This document shows, piece by piece, positions 41,476 through 50,388 of a DNA stretch of 64,000 nt (positions are counted from its first letter, which is position 1; every line of letters begins with the position of its first letter). The notes below the pieces were generated by a model. That model was not told the DNA's origin, did not search any database, and worked only from the letters and a program-made list of their open reading frames with translations. This DNA comes from Candidatus Multivorans sp. (GTDB lineage Bacteria > Acidobacteriota > Thermoanaerobaculia > Multivoradales > Multivoraceae): the NCBI GenBank assembly GCA_965247095.1, contig OZ251997.1, forward strand, positions 4,384,001-4,448,000, written 5' to 3'. Position numbers and translations under genes: made by a program.

Positions 41476-43763
41476 CGCAACCGGCACGCGCGCACGACTG
41501 CACCAGTTGCCCGGCGCATCACCTCGGCAATTTGGTCCGGCTCGGCGTCGACATGAGCAACTGGGACTACGTCGTCGCCCTGGCCGGCAATCCGAACACC
41601 GGCAAGAGCACGGTGTTCAACGCGCTCACCGGCCTGCGCCAGCACACCGGCAACTGGCCCGGCAAGACCGTGACCCGCGCCGAGGGCGGTTTCGAGTACG
41701 GCGGCGACCGCTACAAGCTGGTCGACCTGCCCGGGACCTACTCGCTGCTCTCGTCGAGTCTCGACGAGGAGGCGGCCCGCGACTTCATCCTCTTCGCGCG
41801 CCCGGACGTGACCGTGGTCGTCGTCGATGCGACGTGCCTGGAGCGGAACCTGAACCTGGCGCTCCAGGTACTGGAGATCACGGACCGCGCCGTCGTGTGC
41901 CTCAACGTGATGGACGAGGCGCGTCGCAAGGGGTTGACCGTCGATGCGCGGCGCCTGGCGCGGGATCTGGGCGTGCCGGTGGTGGCGACGGCGGCTCGCT
42001 CGGGCGAGGGGCTTGAGGAACTGAACCGGGTCGTCGCGGAAGTGGCAACGGGCGCCTATCGTTGCCGCCCGCGCCGGGTGGGCGGCCGATCTCCAGTGCT
42101 GAGCGAGGCGACCCGGCGGTTGTCCGGAGCGATTCAGGACGCGTTCCCCCTGCTGCCGAATCCGCAGTGGGTCGCGCTTCGGCTGCTCGACGGCGACCGC
42201 ACCCTTGCCGCCGCCGTGGAGAGTGGTTCCTTGGCCGAGCTGGTCGATCTGGGAGTGCGGGAGGAGGGCGGCGTTCCGGAGGTCGCCGAACCGGAGGCGA
42301 CCCAGGCGGCTGCCGTCGAGTTGGCGGAACCCTCAATCGACGCCGAACCCGTCGCCCGCGCGGCGGTACTCGAACTGGCCGGCAAACTGCGCTGGCGCGT
42401 AGGCCGGAACTTCCACCAGGCGCTGACCGAGGCGGTCTACGCCGAGGCCGCCCGCATCGCCGACCGCGCCGTCTCGCGCGACGGTGAACGCCGGCACTTC
42501 GACTTCGACGCCAGTTTCGACCGGGTGGTGACCAGCCGGGTGTTCGGCTTCCCGCTCATGCTGCTCATGCTGACGGTCGTCTTCTGGCTCACGATCGCGG
42601 GCGCCAACGTGCCGTCGTCGATGCTCGCCTCGCTCCTGATCGACACCGTGCATCCGCTGCTCAAGCAGGTGGCCGCCGCCTTCGGGCTGGTCTGGTGGCT
42701 CGACGGCCTGCTGATCGACGGCGTCTATCTGGCGACAGCCTGGGTGGTCGCCGTGATGCTGCCGCCGATGGCGATCTTCTTCCCGCTGTTCACGCTGCTC
42801 GAGGACTTCGGCTACCTGCCGCGCGTGGCGTTCAACCTCGACCGCATGTTCCACCGCGTCGGCGCTCACGGCAAGCAGTCGCTGACGATGGCCATGGGTT
42901 GGGGCTGCAACGCGGCGGCGATCATCTCGACGCGGATCATCGACAGTCCGCGCGAGCGCCTGATCGCGATCATCACGAACAACTTCTCGCTCTGTAACGG
43001 CCGCTGGCCGACCCAGATCCTGATCGCCTCGATCTTCATCGGCGGTCTCGTGCCGGCGCACATCGCGGGCGCCGTGTCCGCGCTGTCGGTGGTCGCGATC
43101 GCTGTGCTGGGCGTGCTCTTGACCTTCGCCGTGTCCTGGTTCCTGTCGCGCACCGTGCTGCGGGGCGAGGCGTCCGCGTTCTCCCTCGAACTGCCGCCGT
43201 ACCGCCCGCCGCGGGTGCTGCAGACGATCTACACCTCGATCATCGACCGCACGCTGATCGTGCTCTGGCGGGCGGTCGTGTTCGCGGCGCCGGCCGGTGC
43301 GGTCATCTGGCTGCTCAGCAACATCCGCGCCGGCGATGCGTCGCTGGCCGAGAACCTGATCGGCGCCCTGGACCCGTTCGGCTTCGCGCTCGGCCTGTCC
43401 GGGATCATCCTCGTCGCCTACATCATCGCGATACCCGCGAACGAGATCGTGATCCCGACCATCCTCATGCTGGCCGTGCTCGTCGCCGGCGTTCCGGGGG
43501 TCGGCGCAGGCGCCGGCGTCATGTTCGAGCTCGACTCCGAGGCCGCCACGGCCGGCGTCCTCAAGGCCGGCGGCTTCACGCTGCTGACCGCCGTCTGCCT
43601 GATGCTCTTCTCCCTCGTCCACAACCCCTGCTCGACCACCCTCTACACCATCTGGAGGGAGACCCGCAGCGTCCGCTGGACCGCGGTTTCAGCCCTGCTG
43701 CCCGTGGCCATGGGCTTCGTGCTCTGCTTCGCCGTTGCCCAGGTCTGGCGGGCGCTGAGCTAG
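41472..43763 (+). CDS. feoB: Ferrous iron transporter B
   Basis: [31 protein letters not shown] and ELPPY motifs. Confidence 0.93.
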   Translation: MTQPARAHDCTSCPAHHLGNLVRLGVDMSNWDYVVALAGNPNTGKSTVFNALTGLRQHTGNWPGKTVTRAEGGFEYGGDRYKLVDLPGTYSLLSSSLDEEAARDFILFARPDVTVVVVDATCLERNLNLALQVLEITDRAVVCLNVMDEARRKGLTVDARRLARDLGVPVVATAARSGEGLEELNRVVAEVATGAYRCRPRRVGGRSPVLSEATRRLSGAIQDAFPLLPNPQWVALRLLDGDRTLAAAVESGSLAELVDLGVREEGGVPEVAEPEATQAAAVELAEPSIDAEPVARAAVLELAGKLRWRVGRNFHQALTEAVYAEAARIADRAVSRDGERRHFDFDASFDRVVTSRVFGFPLMLLMLTVVFWLTIAGANVPSSMLASLLIDTVHPLLKQVAAAFGLVWWLDGLLIDGVYLATAWVVAVMLPPMAIFFPLFTLLEDFGYLPRVAFNLDRMFHRVGAHGKQSLTMAMGWGCNAAAIISTRIIDSPRERLIAIITNNFSLCNGRWPTQILIASIFIGGLVPAHIAGAVSALSVVAIAVLGVLLTFAVSWFLSRTVLRGEASAFSLELPPYRPPRVLQTIYTSIIDRTLIVLWRAVVFAAPAGAVIWLLSNIRAGDASLAENLIGALDPFGFALGLSGIILVAYIIAIPANEIVIPTILMLAVLVAGVPGVGAGAGVMFELDSEAATAGVLKAGGFTLLTAVCLMLFSLVHNPCSTTLYTIWRETRSVRWTAVSALLPVAMGFVLCFAVAQVWRALS

Positions 43764-43790
43764 CTGCGTCGCGCGGCGTCGAACAGGACG

Positions 43791-44033
43791 CTACTTGCGC
43801 CCGTACCTGCGCTGGAACTTCTCGATCTGGCCGGCGCTGTCGACGAAGTGCTGGCGTCCCGTGTAGAAGGGGTGGGACGCGGACGAGATCTCAAGCCGGA
43901 TCTCGTAGTGCTCGACGCCGTCGATATCCCGGGTGTTCTCGCTGGTCATCGTCGACTGGGAGATGAACTCGGCGTCGGCCGAGGGGTCGATGAACACGAC
44001 CGGGTGGAGCTTCGGGTGGATATCGCTCTTCAT
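43791..44033 (-). CDS. rpmE: 50S ribosomal protein L31, type B (no Zn-binding Cys)
   Basis: MKSDIHP...[12 protein letters not shown]...FQRRYG; contains no cysteine. Confidence 0.95.
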   Translation of the reverse strand: MKSDIHPKLHPVVFIDPSADAEFISQSTMTSENTRDIDGVEHYEIRLEISSASHPFYTGRQHFVDSAGQIEKFQRRYGRK

Positions 44034-44157
44034 GATGATCTCGCTCGGGTTGGGATCGGGCGGATGCGTCTTCGCGCAGAAACGCCTCCGGCGGCGGGCG
44101 ATCATAGCCGATTCGCGAGCCCGAGTGGCCTGTGGCCGCCCATGCCGGCGCTTCGCG

Positions 44158-44189
44158 CCGGATGCGGGCAGGATGCCCGCGTTCCCAGG
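44158..44189 (-). repeat. REP-like family A hairpin
   Basis: Reverse complement of CCTGGGAACGCGGGCATCCTGCCCGCATCCGG, between leuS and rpmE. Confidence 0.85.
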
Positions 44190-44222
44190 ATCGGAGCGAC
44201 AGGTGGTTCCCCACATAGGAGG

Positions 44223-46814
44223 TCAGACGACGATGTTGACCAGCCGGCCCGGCACCACGATGACCTTGCGCGGCGCCCTGCCGTCCATGAAGCGCCGGGC
44301 CTTGGGGGAGGCCAGAGCGAGTTCCTCCAGGGTCGCCCTGTCGGCGTCGGCGGCGACCTGGAGCACGTCGCGCTTCTTGCCCATGACCTGCACGACGATG
44401 TTGATCGTCTCGTCGACCACCAGGGCCGGATCGTAGGCCGGCCAGTCCTGGTGGCAGATCAGGCCCTCGCAACCCAGCCGCGACCACAATTCCTCGGCGA
44501 GGTGTGGAGCGAAGGGCGAGAGCACGCACAGGAAGGTCATCAGCGCCTCGCGCGGTACGCGGTCGGCGGCGGTCGCCGCGTTGACCCAGATCATCATCTG
44601 CGAGATCGCGGTGTTCATGTCGAGCGTGTCGATGTCCTCGCCGACCTTGCGTACGGTCTTGTGGAGCAGGCGATTCAGTTCGCCGGCGACTTCGGCTGCG
44701 TCGCTGCTGACCCGGGTGGCGCCGCCGCCGGTCCGCTCGTCCACGACCAGGCGCCAGGTCCGTTGCAGGAAGCGGTGTACGCCGTCGACGTCCTTGGTCT
44801 GCCAGGGTTTCTGCTGGTCGAGCGGCCCCATGAACAACTCGTGCAGCCGCAGCGTGTCGGCGCCCCAGCGCTCGATCACGTCGTCCGGGTTGGCGACGTT
44901 CAGCTTCGACTTGGACATCTTCTCGACCCGGGCTTCGAGCGCCTCGTCCGTGCCGGCGAGGAACACACGTTCGCCACGCCAGTCCACCGTGTCGGGGTGG
45001 TGGTACTTGCCGCCCTGGTCGCGGTAGCTGTAGGCCAGGATCATCCCCTGGTTGAACAGCCGGGCGAACGGTTCGGACGTCGAGACCAGCCCCGCGTCGT
45101 AGAGCACCTTCTGCCAGAAGCGGGCGTAGAGCAGGTGGAGGACCGCGTGCTCGACGCCGCCGATGTAGAGGTCGACGGGCATCCAGTATCGCTCCAGCTC
45201 GCGTGACCAGGGCGCCTCCGTGTTGTGAGGATCGATGTAGCGCAGGAAGTACCAGCAGGAGCCTGCCCACTGCGGCATCGTGTTCGTTTCGCGCCTTGCT
45301 TTGCGGCCATCCGGCAGGGTCACGACGAGCCAGTCGTCGCCGGCTCGGGCCAGCGGTGGACGCCCGTCGGCGGTGGGCTTGAACTCGTCCACTTCGGGCA
45401 GCTCGACCGGCAGGTCGTCCTGCGGCACGGGCAGGATCTCGCCGGTGGGCTCGCCGTCGTCGCCGAGCACGTGCAGCACCGGGAAGGGCTCGCCCCAGTA
45501 GCGTTGGCGCGAGAAGAGCCAGTCGCGCAGCCGGTACTCGACGCGCCGGGTGCCGTGGCCCTCAGAGGCGAGCCACTCGATCATCCGTTCCTTCGCCGCG
45601 TCGACCAGGAGGCCGTCGAGGAAGCCGCTGTTGATGGCCGGGCCGTCCTCCAGGTAGGCGTCGCCTTCCCAGCCGGCGGGCGGCGCCACCGTGCGGACGA
45701 TGGGCAGGTCGTACTCCACGGCAAAGTCCCAGTCACGCTGATCCTGGCCGGGAACGCCCATGATCGCGCCGGAGCCGTAGCTCATCAGCACGTAGTCGGC
45801 GACCCAGATCGGGATCGGCTGGCCGGTGGCGGGGTTCGTGGCGTAGGCGCCGGTGAACACGCCGGTCTTGCTCTTGGCCAGGTCGGTGCGCTGCAACTCG
45901 CTCTTGTTCGTCGCCTCGTGCACGTAGGCGTCGACCGCGGCCCGCTGATCGGCGACCGTGATCCTGGCGACCAGGGGATGTTCGGGCGCCAGCACGCAAT
46001 AGGTGGCGCCGAACAAGGTGTCGGGACGGGTCGTGAACACGGGGAAGCTGTCGTCGCTATCCGCAATCGGCATGAGGATCTCAGCGCCGTGCGACTTGCC
46101 GATCCAGTTGCGCTGCATCTCCTTGACGTACTCCGGCCAGTCGACCTGGTCGAGGTCTTCCAGCAGACGCTCGGCGTAGGCGGTGATCCGGAGCATCCAC
46201 TGCCGCATCGTCCGCCGCTCAACGGGATCGCCGGTGTCGACGTAGGCGCCGTCCTTGATCTCCTCGTTGGCGAGTACGGTGCCCAGCGCCGGGCACCACC
46301 AGACCGGCACGTCCTCCAGGTAGGCGAGGCCGCGCTTGTGGAGCTCCAGGAAGATCCACTGCGTCCAGCGGTAGTAGTCGACCGAGGACGTGTCGACTTC
46401 GCGCTCCCAGTCGTACGAGAAACCGAGGCGCTCGATCTGCCGCCTGAAGTTGGCGATGTTGCGCTGCGTGATCAGCCGCGGGTGCTCGTTCTCGCGCACC
46501 GCGGCACGCTCCGCCGGCAGGCCGAAGGCGTCCCAACCCATCGGATGGAGGACGTTGAAGCCCTCCATGCGCCGCTTGCGCGCCACCACGTCGGTCGCCG
46601 TGTAGCCCTCCGGGTGGCCGATGTGCAGCCCCGCCCCGGAGGGGTAGGGGAACATGTCGAGTACGTAGTACTTGGGCCGGCTCGCGAGGAGCTCGGGGTC
46701 GTCCGGGGTCCGGAACGCGCTCTGCTCTCGCCAGATCTGCTGCCACCTGGGCTCGATCTCGGCGGCGTCGTAGACGTGCCGGCGGGGCCTGGATTCGGGA
46801 TCCTGCGTCGTCAT
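44223..46814 (-). CDS. leuS: Leucine--tRNA ligase
   Basis: MFPYPSGAGLHIGH, GWDAFGLPAE, FTTRPDT and KMSKS motifs. Confidence 0.98.
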   Translation of the reverse strand: MTTQDPESRPRRHVYDAAEIEPRWQQIWREQSAFRTPDDPELLASRPKYYVLDMFPYPSGAGLHIGHPEGYTATDVVARKRRMEGFNVLHPMGWDAFGLPAERAAVRENEHPRLITQRNIANFRRQIERLGFSYDWEREVDTSSVDYYRWTQWIFLELHKRGLAYLEDVPVWWCPALGTVLANEEIKDGAYVDTGDPVERRTMRQWMLRITAYAERLLEDLDQVDWPEYVKEMQRNWIGKSHGAEILMPIADSDDSFPVFTTRPDTLFGATYCVLAPEHPLVARITVADQRAAVDAYVHEATNKSELQRTDLAKSKTGVFTGAYATNPATGQPIPIWVADYVLMSYGSGAIMGVPGQDQRDWDFAVEYDLPIVRTVAPPAGWEGDAYLEDGPAINSGFLDGLLVDAAKERMIEWLASEGHGTRRVEYRLRDWLFSRQRYWGEPFPVLHVLGDDGEPTGEILPVPQDDLPVELPEVDEFKPTADGRPPLARAGDDWLVVTLPDGRKARRETNTMPQWAGSCWYFLRYIDPHNTEAPWSRELERYWMPVDLYIGGVEHAVLHLLYARFWQKVLYDAGLVSTSEPFARLFNQGMILAYSYRDQGGKYHHPDTVDWRGERVFLAGTDEALEARVEKMSKSKLNVANPDDVIERWGADTLRLHELFMGPLDQQKPWQTKDVDGVHRFLQRTWRLVVDERTGGGATRVSSDAAEVAGELNRLLHKTVRKVGEDIDTLDMNTAISQMMIWVNAATAADRVPREALMTFLCVLSPFAPHLAEELWSRLGCEGLICHQDWPAYDPALVVDETINIVVQVMGKKRDVLQVAADADRATLEELALASPKARRFMDGRAPRKVIVVPGRLVNIVV

Positions 46815-46930
46815 CTCGGTGGCGCCACCCGGCAGCGGCGCGGGCGGGAAGGGCCGGAAACGCCGGCCCGGCAGCGGAGTGTACCGTCAGGCGGACCATC
46901 TCCGGCCGCTGTCCGCTACCATCCAAGCTC

Positions 46931-48067
46931 ATGGATCCATTGCACGAACAGATGACGTCCTGGCGCCGGGACTTCCACCGCCATCCCGAACTCGCGTTCG
47001 AGGAGGAAGTGACCAGCCGCAAGGTGGCCGAACTGCTCGGGTCCTTCGGCGGCATCGAGGTCCATCGCGGCCTCGCCGGTACCGGCGTGGTCGGCGTGCT
47101 CAAGTCCGGTTCGTCCGAGCGCAGCATCGCGCTCCGGGCGGACATGGACGCGCTGCCGATCGAGGAGGAGAACGAGTTCGAGCACCGCTCGCAGAACCCC
47201 GGCACGATGCACGCCTGCGGCCACGACGGCCACACCGCGATGCTGCTCGGCGCCGCGAAGTACCTCTCCTTGAACCGGTCCTTCGACGGCACCGTCTACT
47301 TCTTCTTCCAACCCGCGGAGGAGAAGGACGGGGGCGCCCGCGTGATGATCGAGGAAGGGCTGTTCGAGCAGTTTCCGGCCGAGGAGGTCTACGGCGTCCA
47401 CAACTATCCGGGCATGTCGGTAGGCAACTTCGGCCTCTGCGCCGGGCCGCTGATGGCGGCCATCGACGTGTTCGAGTTCGCCGTAACCAGCGCCGGCGGC
47501 CATGCCGCCTTCCCCCACGGCACGGTGGATCCGATCCCGGTCGCTGCCGAGATCGTGCTCGCCCTGCAGACGATCGTGGCCCGCAACGTCGACCCGCTGA
47601 AGAACGCGGTGGTGTCCGTGACCCGCGTCCACGGCGGTCACGCGGACAACGTGATCCCGAGCCGCGTCGTCCACGGCGGCTGCGTCCGTACCTTCGCGCC
47701 CGAGGTGCAGAAGTTGATCGAACGGCGCATGCGCCAGATCGGCCGCGGCATCTGCAGCGCCCACGGCGCCGGCTTCGAACTCGAGTACCGCCGCTACTAC
47801 CCGGCCACCGTGAACGCCGTCGAACAGACCGAGAAGGCCGCCAACGCCGCCCGCGAGGTCGGCCGCGACGTGATCACCGACATGACCCCGGTCATGGGCT
47901 CCGAAGACTTCGCCTTCATGCTCCAGCAACGCCCCGGCGCCTTCATGTTCCTCGGCAACGGCGACAGCGCCGGCCTCCACACCCCCCGCTACGACTTCAA
48001 CGACGAAATCCTCCCACTCGGCCTCCGCTACTGGACCACCTTGGTCGAGACCCAACTCTCGGCCTGA
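46931..48067 (+). CDS. M20D amidohydrolase (hippuricase-like)
   Basis: HRHPELAF, RADMDALP, MHACGHDGH, QPAEE and GSEDF motifs. Confidence 0.93.
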   Translation: MDPLHEQMTSWRRDFHRHPELAFEEEVTSRKVAELLGSFGGIEVHRGLAGTGVVGVLKSGSSERSIALRADMDALPIEEENEFEHRSQNPGTMHACGHDGHTAMLLGAAKYLSLNRSFDGTVYFFFQPAEEKDGGARVMIEEGLFEQFPAEEVYGVHNYPGMSVGNFGLCAGPLMAAIDVFEFAVTSAGGHAAFPHGTVDPIPVAAEIVLALQTIVARNVDPLKNAVVSVTRVHGGHADNVIPSRVVHGGCVRTFAPEVQKLIERRMRQIGRGICSAHGAGFELEYRRYYPATVNAVEQTEKAANAAREVGRDVITDMTPVMGSEDFAFMLQQRPGAFMFLGNGDSAGLHTPRYDFNDEILPLGLRYWTTLVETQLSA

Positions 48068-48129
48068 TTGCGGCTGTGCGGCTGACGCACGCCCGGCGGC
48101 TTTGCGGGTTCCACCCGCCGCCGGCGCCG

Positions 48130-49047
48130 CTACGCGCAGTTGCAGAGTTCGATGAAGAAGGCGCGGACGGTGTCGATGAACTCGGGGGAGGTCAGGGTGT
48201 TGAGGTGGTTCGCGCCTTCGATGACGTGGAGGCGGTGCTCCTGCATGACGCCGACCAGGGCGTCGGCGTTGGGCTTCAGGGGATCGTCGCTGCCGATGAT
48301 GTTGAGGGTGGGGACCTGGTTGATGCGCAGGAGTTCGGCGCTCAGGTCGAGCGCGGGCATGCCGCGCACCACGGCGGCCAGGGCCAGCGGGTCGTTCGAG
48401 GCGACCATCGCCTGACCGATCGCCTGAACCTGCTCTGATGTCGGCGGTTCGTCCCCGGGCCACAGGAACTCGATCAGCGGACCTCCGCCCTTGCCCGCCT
48501 CGAGCGACGAGGCCAGCGCCCCGTACAGATCGTCGTCGCGCAGTTCGGCGCTCGGCCACCCGGCGCCGCCGACCACCGCGGAGAGCAGCCGATCGGGCGC
48601 CAGGGCGATGAGCTTCATCGTGATGAAACCGCCCATCGAGTAACCGACGACGTTCGCCTGCTGCAGCCTCATGTGGTCGAGCAGATCGACGACATCCAGG
48701 GCCATGCGCTCGCCGTAGTTCGTCGGGTCGTGCGGCTTGTCGCTCTTGCCGTGGCCGCGCTGGTCGACGGCGATGACCTGAAACTCCTCGGCCAGGCGGT
48801 CGATGATGCCGGCGGCGCCCCAATTCGAGGCGGCGGTGCCGGTGATGCCGTGCAGCAGCACCACCGGGTCGCCGCGGCCCTGGACCTGGTAGTGGATGGC
48901 GACGCCGTCGCTGGCCGTGAAGGTCTGGGTTGTCGCCTCGCTCTGGGCGTAGGCGGCGGTGAACGCGGCGAGCGCGAGCAGCGTTGCCAGGACGGCGCGG
49001 CACATCGGCCGGAACATCGGCCGGAGATTCGTCGTACTCGTATTCAT
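48130..49047 (-). CDS. Secreted alpha/beta hydrolase
   Basis: GGAGG RBS, signal peptide, and LLHG, DQRGHG, GYSMGG and GANH motifs. Confidence 0.88.
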   Translation of the reverse strand: MNTSTTNLRPMFRPMCRAVLATLLALAAFTAAYAQSEATTQTFTASDGVAIHYQVQGRGDPVVLLHGITGTAASNWGAAGIIDRLAEEFQVIAVDQRGHGKSDKPHDPTNYGERMALDVVDLLDHMRLQQANVVGYSMGGFITMKLIALAPDRLLSAVVGGAGWPSAELRDDDLYGALASSLEAGKGGGPLIEFLWPGDEPPTSEQVQAIGQAMVASNDPLALAAVVRGMPALDLSAELLRINQVPTLNIIGSDDPLKPNADALVGVMQEHRLHVIEGANHLNTLTSPEFIDTVRAFFIELCNCA

Positions 49048-49154
49048 GGAGGTCCTCCGAGGTTGGCGAAGGCTAGCAAGCCACCGGTGGAAGCGCTCGC
49101 TCCGATAGGCTCGTTTCCGTCGAGCCCCTGTGACCAACGCCGGAGGAGTCGCTG

Positions 49155-49619
49155 ATGAGCGCAACGAACACGGAACAGACGGAGCAGGAGTCGAAGTCCC
49201 GGTCGCTGGTGGACTCGGCCGTGGAGACGGCGCACAAGGTCGCGCTCGCCGGCGTCGGTGTCGCGGGCGAGGCGGCCGATGCGGGGGTCAAGGTCTTCGA
49301 CCGGCTGGTCGAGCGCGGCGAGAAGATCGAGGCGCAGGGGAAGGTGTCTCTCGATGCACTACGGGTCAAGGCCGAGGAGCGCGTCGGGCAGGTGCGCACC
49401 GTGGCCGGAGAGCGGTTCGAGAAGACCCGGGCCCGGGCCAGGTCCGGGATTGACGAGCAGTTGGAGCGCCGGCTGGAGAAGATCGGGGTGCCCGGCAAGG
49501 CTGACTTCCAAGCGGTGGTCGAGCGGCTGAGCGCGATCGAGGCGCGCCTCGAGGCGCTGGAGAAGAAGCCGAAGCCGCGGCGGCGGACGGCGAAGAAGGC
49601 GCCGGCGAAGGCCGAGTAG
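49155..49619 (+). CDS. Phasin / poly-granule-associated protein (PhaF/PhaI-like)
   Basis: LAGVG...FDRLVERGE...IGVP, a coiled coil and a K/A-rich tail. Confidence 0.75.
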   Translation: MSATNTEQTEQESKSRSLVDSAVETAHKVALAGVGVAGEAADAGVKVFDRLVERGEKIEAQGKVSLDALRVKAEERVGQVRTVAGERFEKTRARARSGIDEQLERRLEKIGVPGKADFQAVVERLSAIEARLEALEKKPKPRRRTAKKAPAKAE

Positions 49620-49691
49620 CCGGTCCGTCTTCGATCTCAGCGTCCACTCAGGTTGACGCTGCACACTCAAAGCTCGCTTCGAGGAGGCTGA

Positions 49692-50351
49692 GTGACGATG
49701 AAGACAGTGAGGAGTTCCCGGGCTTGGATTCCGGCAATGCTGATCGTAGTGTGGTCTCACGCGGCCCCGGGCCTGGCAGAAGACGGCAGGTTCGATCTGG
49801 GCTTCCGTACGGACATTGGTCTGGGTACCGGCCATCCTTCCAACGACATTCCGGGGTACAGCCTGTTCGGTCACTACGGGCTCAACGAGCGCTGGAACAT
49901 CGGCTTCGGCCTGGATCACTCGCCGGCATTCGACTTTGAACGAACACCCGGCGTTCTGGGACTGGAGACGCCGGAAGTGATCGACGCCAAGGGTGCGTCC
50001 ACGACGTTCTCAGGCTGGCTGGAACGCGTCTACGCGCGCCCTGAAGGTCGCATCGAGTGGTTCTGGAATGTCGGCCTGGGGTTCAGTTCGGTCGACATGA
50101 AGGACGTGGCGGGACCCGTAGTGGGAGGAGGCGCCTTCGACATCGCGACAGACGCCGGAAGCGAGTTTCTGGCCATGGTCGGCGTGGGTGTGAGGTTCTG
50201 GTTCGGCGACAGTTGGGGGTTCGAGTTCGCGATTCACCATGATCGGCATTTTGCGGACTGGAAGCTGACGGATCGAGTCTCAGGCAGGACCGGAACGGTC
50301 TCCGACTACGAAGTGAACACGATCAACGTAGGTTTCCTGAAGAGGTTCTGA
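49692..50351 (+). CDS. Outer-membrane beta-barrel protein (hypothetical)
   Basis: Signal peptide, alternating Gly/aromatic beta-strands and a C-terminal Phe (GFLKRF). Confidence 0.65.
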   Translation: MTMKTVRSSRAWIPAMLIVVWSHAAPGLAEDGRFDLGFRTDIGLGTGHPSNDIPGYSLFGHYGLNERWNIGFGLDHSPAFDFERTPGVLGLETPEVIDAKGASTTFSGWLERVYARPEGRIEWFWNVGLGFSSVDMKDVAGPVVGGGAFDIATDAGSEFLAMVGVGVRFWFGDSWGFEFAIHHDRHFADWKLTDRVSGRTGTVSDYEVNTINVGFLKRF

Positions 50352-50388
50352 ACCCGGGCTCTTGGGGCCACGCGGACGACCTGCCGGG

